Shown piece after piece: positions 48,794 to 56,875 of a DNA stretch of 64,000 bases. The notes beneath the pieces are model-generated. The model was not told the origin of the DNA, did not search any database, and saw nothing but the letters and a program-made list of their open reading frames with translations. Every line of letters begins with the position of its first letter. Position 1 is the stretch's first letter. Made by a program: the position numbers and the translations under genes. The stretch covers positions 880 through 64,879 of the forward strand of contig CALIHP010000055.1 in NCBI GenBank assembly GCA_938020565.1, written 5' to 3'. The DNA comes from an uncultured Anaerolineaceae bacterium. Lineage in GTDB: Bacteria; Chloroflexota; Anaerolineae; Anaerolineales; Anaerolineaceae.

Positions 48794-50056
48794 ATGAACC
48801 AGATTTTTAATTTCGCTAAATCAACCGTTTCACTTTCAATCCCGGATCGCAGCCTGCGAAAAATATTGACCGCTAAAGCGGTCGAGGTTCCCGCGGATCA
48901 GGAGGAAACCGTTCGCCGCGCGATCGCTGCGCCGATTGAAGCGCCTCGGCTGTCCGAAATCGTTCGCCCTGGCGAAAAAATCGCGATCATTACCAGCGAT
49001 ATCACCCGCCCGATGCCGTCGAGGATCGTCCTTCCTCCCGTTCTCGCTGAACTCGAAAAAGCCGGAATCGACCCGGACGACGTCACGATCGTTTTCGCGC
49101 TGGGGATTCACCGTGCGCATACCGAAGCCGAAAAGGAAGCGCTTGTCGGATCGGACGTCTACCGGAAATACCGCTGTATCGATTCGTCGGGCGAATTCGT
49201 TAAGCTCGGAACAGGGAAACACGGGACGCCGTTCGAGGTTTTTAAACCGGTCGTCGACGCCGGCCGCCGAATCTGCCTCGGGAATATCGAATTTCATTAT
49301 TTCGCCGGATTCAGCGGCGGCATGAAAGCGATCATGCCGGGAGTCTCGACGAAAGCCGCGATTCAGGCGAACCACAGCCACATGGTCCATCCGGACGCCG
49401 CCGCCGGAAAAATCGACGGCAATCCGGTTCGCGGCGATATTGACGAAATCCTCGACTTTATTAACGTCGACTTCATCGTCAACGTCGTCCTCGACGAAAA
49501 GAAACGCATCGTCCATGCGGTCGCTGGACATCCGATCGCGGCGCACCGGGCCGGATGCCGCCTGCTGGATGAGATGTACCGAATCGAAATTCCCGACCGC
49601 GCCGACATCGTCGTCGTCTCGCCCGGCGGCTACCCCAAAGATATCAACCTCTATCAGGCGCAAAAAGCGCTCGATAACGCCAAACACGCCGTCAGGAAAG
49701 GCGGCTCGATCCTTTGGATCGCTTCCGCCGCCGAGGGGCTCGGCGAAGATACGTTCGAAGCATGGATGCTGGGGCATGAAAAATTATCCGACATGATCCC
49801 GCATATCCGCGAGAATTTCGTCCTCGGGGGGCATAAAGCCGCCGCAATCGCGCTCGTCGCCGAAAATGCCGATATTTACCTGTATTCCGAGCTGCCCGAA
49901 GACTTCGTCCGCAGGCTGCATTTCCAGCCCGTTTCAGACCTCCAGGGAACCTTCGACGCGCTGCTTCGGAAATACGGGGAAAACGCCAGTGTGATTGCGA
50001 TGCCGTTCGGCGGCGCGACGCTTCCCTTTTTAGCCGGACGCTGGGACGCCGGCTGA
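48794..50056 (+). CDS. larA: LarA-family nickel-pincer 2-hydroxyacid racemase/epimerase
   Basis: SDITRP, ALGIHR, HYFAGFSGGMK, NHS and GGYPKDINLYQAQK motifs. Confidence 0.9.
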   Translation: MNQIFNFAKSTVSLSIPDRSLRKILTAKAVEVPADQEETVRRAIAAPIEAPRLSEIVRPGEKIAIITSDITRPMPSRIVLPPVLAELEKAGIDPDDVTIVFALGIHRAHTEAEKEALVGSDVYRKYRCIDSSGEFVKLGTGKHGTPFEVFKPVVDAGRRICLGNIEFHYFAGFSGGMKAIMPGVSTKAAIQANHSHMVHPDAAAGKIDGNPVRGDIDEILDFINVDFIVNVVLDEKKRIVHAVAGHPIAAHRAGCRLLDEMYRIEIPDRADIVVVSPGGYPKDINLYQAQKALDNAKHAVRKGGSILWIASAAEGLGEDTFEAWMLGHEKLSDMIPHIRENFVLGGHKAAAIALVAENADIYLYSELPEDFVRRLHFQPVSDLQGTFDALLRKYGENASVIAMPFGGATLPFLAGRWDAG

Positions 50057-50126
50057 AATCGTGGCGCTCCAGTTCCCGATTTCAGCTATAATAATTCTTA
50101 CAGAAACGATTAAGGAGGACTCCCCT

Positions 50127-51020
50127 ATGAAATACTACGGCGCGATCGAGGCTGGCGGGACCAAATTTGTCTGTTCCGTAATCGCCGATCCGGATCATTA
50201 TTTCGAAGAAGAACGTTTCCCGACGACAACGCCCCAGGAAACGATCGCACGGACAATCGAATTCTTCAAGGAAAAACAGAAAAAATACCCGTTAACGGCG
50301 CTGGGAATCAGCTGTTTCGGGCCAATCGACCTGAACGAAGCTTCGCCGACCTACGGCTATATCACGAGCACCCCGAAGCCAGGCTGGGAAAATACGAATA
50401 TCGTCGGCGCGCTCAAGGACGCGTTCGGCTTAAAAATCGGCTTTGATACCGACGTCAACGGCGCGGCGCTCGCCGAATATATCTGGGGGAATCCGTATGA
50501 CGTCCGCTCGCTCGTTTATTACACGATCGGCACTGGCGTCGGCGCTGGCGTCGTTATTAATGGCGTCCCCGTTCATGGCCTGGTTCATCCCGAAGGCGGT
50601 CATATCCTGATCCGTCAGGACCATGAAAAAGATCCTTATCCGGGCCATTGTCCCTATCATCATAATTGTCTGGAAGGATTATGCTGCGGACCTGCGATCC
50701 AGGATCGCTTCGGAAAACCCGGATATGAGCTCGGCGATGATCATCCGTTCTGGAAAACGTTCTCGAATTACGTCGCCCAAGCCTGCGTCAGTCAGATTCT
50801 TCAAATCTCGCCCGAGAAAATCGTCCTCGGCGGCGGCGTCATGGAACAGGAGCATCTTTTCCCGAAGATTCATGCCGAAATTCTACGCCTGCTGAACGGT
50901 TACGTAATTCATCCGGCAATCCTCGAAAAAATTGACGAATACATCACACCGCCGGTGCTCGGGAACCGCGCCGGAGCCTGCGGCGCGATGGCGCTCGCGC
51001 GCCGCGCAGTCGAAGGCTAA
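50127..51020 (+). CDS. ROK-family fructokinase
   Basis: IEAGGTKF, TPKPGW, DTDVN, HPEGGH and CPYH..CLEG motifs. Confidence 0.9.
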   Translation: MKYYGAIEAGGTKFVCSVIADPDHYFEEERFPTTTPQETIARTIEFFKEKQKKYPLTALGISCFGPIDLNEASPTYGYITSTPKPGWENTNIVGALKDAFGLKIGFDTDVNGAALAEYIWGNPYDVRSLVYYTIGTGVGAGVVINGVPVHGLVHPEGGHILIRQDHEKDPYPGHCPYHHNCLEGLCCGPAIQDRFGKPGYELGDDHPFWKTFSNYVAQACVSQILQISPEKIVLGGGVMEQEHLFPKIHAEILRLLNGYVIHPAILEKIDEYITPPVLGNRAGACGAMALARRAVEG

Positions 51021-51040
51021 GCGGGAATTCCATCTGCGCG

Positions 51041-51077
51041 AAAAGGACGCGCTTTTCCAAAACGCGTCCTTTTTTTA
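51041..51077. terminator. Bidirectional intrinsic terminator
   Basis: AAAAGGACGCG / CGCGTCCTTTTTT between convergent genes. Confidence 0.75.
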
Positions 51078-51088
51078 CCTGCCGAACG

Positions 51089-52795
51089 CTATTTACAGAG
51101 AATTACCGGGATATTCGTCCTCGACAGGACAGCTTCAACCGTGCTCGACTGGAAAAGGCGTTTGACAAACGAATTCGAATACCCACCCATCAGGATCAGA
51201 TCCGCGCCGGTCTCGTCCGCCGTCTCAATAATCATATCCCCCGGCGCCATATCCCGGTTCCGATAATTCACCGCCAGCGGTTTTTCCGCGAAAAAACGCG
51301 TCGCTTCGGCCAACGCTGAATCGCGCTTCCGCACGTCTGGGCCGGAAATAACGACCGTAATTTCCGCGTTCGAAACCCGCGCGAGCGCCTCCGCAAAGTA
51401 CATCGCCTCGCGCGCCTTTTTCGTCGCGGAAAACGCAAGCACGATATGATACACGCTGCGCGGAAGGCAATCCGGAGATATGCAGATCATGCCTGGAATA
51501 TGCATAATCACATCGTTCCAATTATTTCGCGTGGTTTCCGGTCGGTGACGCATCTTGAAAAAAGACAAGTCGCTCCAAAACGCCCGTTCCGAAAGATTAC
51601 GGATCAGGCCGCCCTGCAGCACGACAAATTTTCCCCGGACGCCGGCGTCAGACAGCATCCGGTCAACCTCTTCACGGAACCGGTCCATCTCCGGCGAATC
51701 AACATCCGCCGATTTGGGGACGACATGAACGACCCCGATCCATGCGTCATAGATTTTCGAAAAGCGGATTGCCGAATCGAGAAACGCACGGTCCGCCTCA
51801 ATATCAACGGCAGAGATCATGACGCGTTCGATATAATCGTCTGCGCCGCCTAAAATCTCCCTGCGCCAATCGCCCGTTTTTACGCCCCAGTCGGATAAAT
51901 CCGACGTGAAGAACATCGACAAACGCCGAAACGCCCGGAACAGCAGCCCGCGCTTCCCTTTCCCGAAATCGTCGGTCAGCTTCCAGGCCAGCGCCGTATT
52001 GCGGATTTTTCCGCCGTACTCCTCGCTCAGCGCTGACTTATTATTCTCGAGCCAGAGATAAAGCTCGCTCTCGGTCTTGCCGCTGAACTGGTCCAGAAGG
52101 CCCATCTGCCGAATGGTCCGAACGATCGGCAAATAAACCTCGTTATACCAATGCACAACCGCTTCGTCGTCAGAAATATCCCGCTTGAAATCCAGCCCCA
52201 TGAAAAATTTATGTACCTGAATATGCTCATACAGCTGCGGGTACTGGCCGGCCAGCGTAAGCCTGATCGCGTTATCCGGTATCAGCTCATTTATCCGCGT
52301 CCGATCGAGGAACGACTGCCGTTCGGTTTTAACGATAATCTCGTCCGGCGAATCCGTCGGCTTCAGCGGAACGTCCGTATTAATAACGCGGACGTTCGCC
52401 TGGATATAATCGGCTTTAATACTCTTCATGACGGAAACGCGATGATGACCGTCCAATACAAAGTAGACTTCGCCGATCTGGTACACGTCGATCGGCGGGA
52501 CCCCCTCCATCGATTCATTCGCCAGCTTGACGTTAACCCATCGCGATTCGTCCTCAACCAGCTTCGGCAGGAACGTCCGCGAAAAATCCTGATTCCGCGA
52601 AACGGTGCCGACGATCGAGGCGATCGGAATTTCCTTGGTAACCGGGATGTTATACGCGTTCGAGAGGCGCTTTCGAACCTCGTTATAATCGACCAGGTCA
52701 TAATTCTTACCCGTCAACAAGCCGAATAACCGCTCCCAACCGGCTTTGGACCGCGCTTGATGAAAATCGTTTCGGGCTTGAGTGATTGAGTTCAT
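51089..52795 (-). CDS. ParB/Srx-like domain protein fused to universal stress protein domains
   Basis: PPIDVYQIGEVYFVLDGHHRVSV; C-terminal ADLILMGGY...STVEAVL...PVIL USP motif. Confidence 0.75.
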   Translation of the reverse strand: MNSITQARNDFHQARSKAGWERLFGLLTGKNYDLVDYNEVRKRLSNAYNIPVTKEIPIASIVGTVSRNQDFSRTFLPKLVEDESRWVNVKLANESMEGVPPIDVYQIGEVYFVLDGHHRVSVMKSIKADYIQANVRVINTDVPLKPTDSPDEIIVKTERQSFLDRTRINELIPDNAIRLTLAGQYPQLYEHIQVHKFFMGLDFKRDISDDEAVVHWYNEVYLPIVRTIRQMGLLDQFSGKTESELYLWLENNKSALSEEYGGKIRNTALAWKLTDDFGKGKRGLLFRAFRRLSMFFTSDLSDWGVKTGDWRREILGGADDYIERVMISAVDIEADRAFLDSAIRFSKIYDAWIGVVHVVPKSADVDSPEMDRFREEVDRMLSDAGVRGKFVVLQGGLIRNLSERAFWSDLSFFKMRHRPETTRNNWNDVIMHIPGMICISPDCLPRSVYHIVLAFSATKKAREAMYFAEALARVSNAEITVVISGPDVRKRDSALAEATRFFAEKPLAVNYRNRDMAPGDMIIETADETGADLILMGGYSNSFVKRLFQSSTVEAVLSRTNIPVILCK

Positions 52796-53077
52796 TCTTC
52801 GGAGGATCCTTTCTTCCCTCACAATCGGACAGATATATTTTACCCGAATGCGTTCCCGGCTGCCTCCGCCGGAGGCAGATTAGGGGCATCATCAGAATAC
52901 CGCGCCGAATATTAAACCGGGACGGCATGCCGCTTCAGTCCGGATTCATTCATAAGAATGACACGAATATAATTGTCCTGGAATAAAAAGCGAAATGGTC
53001 AGGACGCTTCAAATAAAAAAATCCGGGAACCCGGGCAAGCGCCTGGATTTCCGGATTGAACGATCGACAGCGTCGGC

Positions 53078-54556
53078 TTACTTCCGCGACTGAAGGAACG
53101 TATCCGCCGCCGCGCCGAAAACGAGATGCAGCAGCAGATCCTTACGCGAATGAACAAACGGCAGGTCGTAGGTGTCTTCAAGGACGGGCATCAAATACGA
53201 CGCCGGACGATATTTCATGACTTCGACGTCATCGCCCAGGATTTCTTCAACCACTTTCGGATTACAGGGCGCCGGCGTCTTTCCGAACTCGCCTTTTAAG
53301 ATCATCTGGAATTCGTTCGACGTAAACGCGTAGCGCGACCCGGTCAGCACGTTGTAAGCCGCCTGAACGCCGACGATCTGCGAAGTCGGGGTCACGAGCG
53401 GGACGTACCCGGCGTCAGCGCGAACCGCCGGGATCTCGGCCATGACATCGTCAAATTTCTCCTCCGGAACGCCCATTCCCTTCAGCTGATTCTGCAGGTT
53501 GGAGAGCATTCCGCCCGGAATCTGCGATTCGAAGATACGATCGTCATACTTCGGATAATCAAGATCCGCCATAATTTCGCGGCTCAGGTCAATCGCCGTC
53601 TTCAGATCCGCCGGTTCTTTCATGATCGCTTCGACGAAGCGGTCGACTTTCTCGACCGGAACGTCTTCGAAATGCACCGGTTTATGCCACCCTTTCGCAA
53701 AGGACGGCGTCGAATTCTTTAATTCGACGAAGATTTCGCGTAAAACGTCCTGAGCCTTCGTAATCGCCTCTTTATCCAATCCATGGTCATAACCCATGCG
53801 CTCAGCGATAACGGCCATGACTTCGACAGGGGAATGCGACGAGCCGCCGGCGAATGGGGAGATGCAGGTATCGACCTGATCGATTCCATATTTAATCGCT
53901 AACGCCAGGTTGACGAGCGAAACGCCCGTCGTCGCGTGCGTATGGAGAACGATCGGAATACTGATTTCTTTTCGAAGCGCCGGGAGTAAAACGACCGCGT
54001 CCTTCGGATGCAGCAGGCCCGCCATATCTTTGATCGCGATTCGATCGACGCCCTCGGCGAGAAGGCGTTTCCCGTAATCGACGAAGTACTCAGTCGTATG
54101 AACCGGGCTCGTCGTATACGACATCGCCGCCTCGACCTTCCCGCCGTACGCCTTCGTCGCCAGAATCGCCATCCGCAAGTTGCGAATATCGTTCAGCGCG
54201 TCGAAAATACGCATATTCCCGGAGCCGCTTTCAATCGACTGGCGGATAAACGCCGTCAGGAGATCGTCCGGGTACGGATTGTACGCGAAAAGGTTCTGGC
54301 CGCGGAGAAGCGACTGGATCCGTTCGCCGCCGCCGAGGCAGTCCCGAAACTTTTCCAGACGTTCCCACGGATCGTCTTTGGTAAATCGGATCGCTGCGTC
54401 GAGCGTCGCGCCGCCCCAAAGCTCGAAATTGTTGTACCCGGCGTCCTTGATAATCGGAAGAACGCGCATGCACTGTTCAGTCGTCATTCGAGTCGCTGAC
54501 AGACTCTGATGCCCGTCTCGCAGCGTTAAATCATTAAATAAAATCTTTTTCCCCAT
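53078..54556 (-). CDS. Pyruvate carboxyltransferase (OadA/PycB/transcarboxylase 5S-like) without a biotinyl domain
   Basis: RDGHQSL, WGGAT, LRGQNL, IKDMAG, HTH, QIPGGM and LVTPTSQIVG motifs; no AMKM. Confidence 0.9.
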   Translation of the reverse strand: MGKKILFNDLTLRDGHQSLSATRMTTEQCMRVLPIIKDAGYNNFELWGGATLDAAIRFTKDDPWERLEKFRDCLGGGERIQSLLRGQNLFAYNPYPDDLLTAFIRQSIESGSGNMRIFDALNDIRNLRMAILATKAYGGKVEAAMSYTTSPVHTTEYFVDYGKRLLAEGVDRIAIKDMAGLLHPKDAVVLLPALRKEISIPIVLHTHATTGVSLVNLALAIKYGIDQVDTCISPFAGGSSHSPVEVMAVIAERMGYDHGLDKEAITKAQDVLREIFVELKNSTPSFAKGWHKPVHFEDVPVEKVDRFVEAIMKEPADLKTAIDLSREIMADLDYPKYDDRIFESQIPGGMLSNLQNQLKGMGVPEEKFDDVMAEIPAVRADAGYVPLVTPTSQIVGVQAAYNVLTGSRYAFTSNEFQMILKGEFGKTPAPCNPKVVEEILGDDVEVMKYRPASYLMPVLEDTYDLPFVHSRKDLLLHLVFGAAADTFLQSRK

Positions 54557-54905
54557 TTGTTCGATACCTTTCAGAAAATATGTAATTTGTTGCGTACGAC
54601 CGGCAGCAACTATTTATTCGCCCTATCAATTTTAGCATACTCCGTCCGATTTACGCATGATTCAAAAGAGCGGTTTTCCTGAAAATATTCGATATGAGCC
54701 GTCAAAGGCTGAAATCAGGCTGCTTAAATCAGCCTGAAAAAACCAAAGCCCCACCCTGCGTGAAGACGGGCCCGGTAATCATTCCATGCTGCTCACAGTA
54801 CCGTATTTCGCCTGCTTATCTGTCAATGCATCGAACAGGGGGCAGCCTGCCCGTGTAAGCGTATTCGATGCATTGACTTTGTTATTTTTTACTTCAGCGC
54901 CGAGC

Positions 54906-56471
54906 TTAGCCGGTCTGGACGCGAACGTACGCCGCGCTCGTCCCTCCCAGCTCGATCCGATTCGCTCCAGAGACCCGAATGTCGCCGACGCTGAAAATCG
55001 TCTCGCCGAGCGGCCGCGGCGACGTGAACGTACGCGACTCGTGCCCCGGATTCAGCGCAGCCAGAATCGACCCGGCTTCCCCGGTCCGAAGCAATCCCAA
55101 CGGATATTCGCCGCTTTCCGGGAGAATGAACTCGACCGCGCCGTGCGTTCGCAGCGGCTCATTCGCCTGCCGGACCTGAATCAGCTTCTTCACATAATTC
55201 AGGAATGAATCCGGGTTCCTTTCCTGATCGGCGACCGTCGGCCGATCAGGGTCCGGATCGATCTGGATATACAGGTCCTCCTTCGGCGCGCTCGAAAAGC
55301 CGGCGTTAACGCTCCTGTCCCACTGCATCGGCGAACGCGAGCCGGTCCGTTTGTACCCGCCCTCTACCGAACGCAGCCCCGGAAGGTACCGCATCCCAAT
55401 TTCGTCGCCATAGTAGATAAACGGCGCGCCCGGCATCGCCAGCAGGAAGGCAAACGCGACCTTTCGTTCCGCTTCATTTAAGTGATACGCGATTCGGGTC
55501 ATGTCATGGTTCCCGGACGGGATACAGATCAACGCTTCCCGGGAAGCCTCTTTGTCATAACGCCGGTACGTCTCGACGAAAGGCCGGATCGCCCCTTTTC
55601 CATCCGCACTGAACCATGGATTCTCGGCGCGGAACAGGTCGGTATAATGTGACTCGCCGAAATGCAGCAGGAAATCCATATGGAAACCGCCCTTCAGCGA
55701 CTCGGCGGGATTCCCCCATTCCGAAACCATGACCGCGTCCGGATACTCCGCGTCGAGCATAGCGCGGAACTCGCGCCAGAGCTGGATCGTCGCCGTTCGA
55801 TCCGGATCGCCCTTAACGAGCGATAAAGCCATATCGACGCGGAACCCGTCGCAGCCCAAATCCAGCCAGAAACGCATGACGTCTTTCATCGCTTCAATCG
55901 TCCCGCGCGGCCCGGGCGCGTCGACCGCCTGCTGCCAGGGCGCCTGCGGATTTGCGTAGCCGTAATTCAGCGCTGGCTGCGACGAGAAAAAATTCACCGC
56001 CGCCGCCCCGGACCGATCCGAAATCCCGCGGAGCCAGCCGCAAAGCTGCGCATCGGAAACGGCGGTCATCCCATCAAATGCGTCGTTCGTCCAGATATAC
56101 CGATCGCTGAACGAATTCGGCTCGGGGGACATCGACGCCTGAAACCAGGGGTGCGCAATCGAGGTATGTCCCGGGACAAGGTCGAGCAGAAGACGCATCC
56201 CGCGCTCATGAACCGCACGGAAAAGCGCCCTCAGGTCCTCGTTCGTCCCATATCGCGGCGCAGCGCGGAAATAATTCGAAACGTCGTACCCCGCGTCGTT
56301 GAACGGGGATTCGAAGCACGGATTCATCCAGATCGCGTTGCAGCCCAGAGACTGAATATAATCCAGCCGTGAAACGATTCCCGGAAAATCGCCGATCCCG
56401 TCGGCATTCGAATCTTTGAAGCTCTGCGGATAGATTTCATAAAAAATCGCGTTATCAAGCCAATGCGCCAT
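54906..56471 (-). CDS. GH13 alpha-amylase family glycosidase
   Basis: YEIYPQSFKDSNADGIGDF, DLVPGH, DGFRVD, NHD and YYGDEIGM motifs. Confidence 0.92.
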   Translation of the reverse strand: MAHWLDNAIFYEIYPQSFKDSNADGIGDFPGIVSRLDYIQSLGCNAIWMNPCFESPFNDAGYDVSNYFRAAPRYGTNEDLRALFRAVHERGMRLLLDLVPGHTSIAHPWFQASMSPEPNSFSDRYIWTNDAFDGMTAVSDAQLCGWLRGISDRSGAAAVNFFSSQPALNYGYANPQAPWQQAVDAPGPRGTIEAMKDVMRFWLDLGCDGFRVDMALSLVKGDPDRTATIQLWREFRAMLDAEYPDAVMVSEWGNPAESLKGGFHMDFLLHFGESHYTDLFRAENPWFSADGKGAIRPFVETYRRYDKEASREALICIPSGNHDMTRIAYHLNEAERKVAFAFLLAMPGAPFIYYGDEIGMRYLPGLRSVEGGYKRTGSRSPMQWDRSVNAGFSSAPKEDLYIQIDPDPDRPTVADQERNPDSFLNYVKKLIQVRQANEPLRTHGAVEFILPESGEYPLGLLRTGEAGSILAALNPGHESRTFTSPRPLGETIFSVGDIRVSGANRIELGGTSAAYVRVQTG

Positions 56472-56480
56472 ACGGCCTCC

Positions 56481-56837
56481 TTAGAAAAGTCCCCAATCAA
56501 AATCCATACCATCCTCCATCATCGCCGGTTCCCATGGATCAAAGCGCAAATCCACGAAAACCTGGAGCCCGCTGACCTCGGTCACGGTCGTTCGGACCTC
56601 CTCGACCATCTCTCCGGCATATGGACAGAACGGCGTCGTCAGAATCATCGTCACGTTCAGACTGTCCTCTGTCCGTGCCGCGTTGCGGATCAGCCCTAAT
56701 TCAATGACGTTGTATCCCAGCTCCGGGTCTTCGACGCCGCGCAGCGCCTCCTTGATTTTTTCGGCCAGGACATGGTCCGTCGAAGTTAATTCCCATACCG
56801 CCTGCTTCGAGGCTGATTGATCAGCTTCCCGTTTCAT
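56481..56837 (-). CDS. DUF59/SufT-like metal-sulfur cluster assembly factor
   Basis: VEDPELGYNVIELGLI and LTTPFCP motifs. Confidence 0.9.
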   Translation of the reverse strand: MKREADQSASKQAVWELTSTDHVLAEKIKEALRGVEDPELGYNVIELGLIRNAARTEDSLNVTMILTTPFCPYAGEMVEEVRTTVTEVSGLQVFVDLRFDPWEPAMMEDGMDFDWGLF

Positions 56838-56875
56838 TATTTTCCTTTCTGAACGCCGGAACTGCGTTCGCGTTT

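Noticed and set aside
48836..49777. 313-aa antisense ORF over larA, and similar ones over pgk, tkt, the barrel gene and the ABC genes
   Set aside because: Same shadow-ORF pattern with no independent support.
50127..51020. ROK fructokinase as a step of the proposed inositol pathway
   Set aside because: It has its own TATAAT just upstream and ordinary fructokinase motifs, and the proposed scheme needs no kinase.
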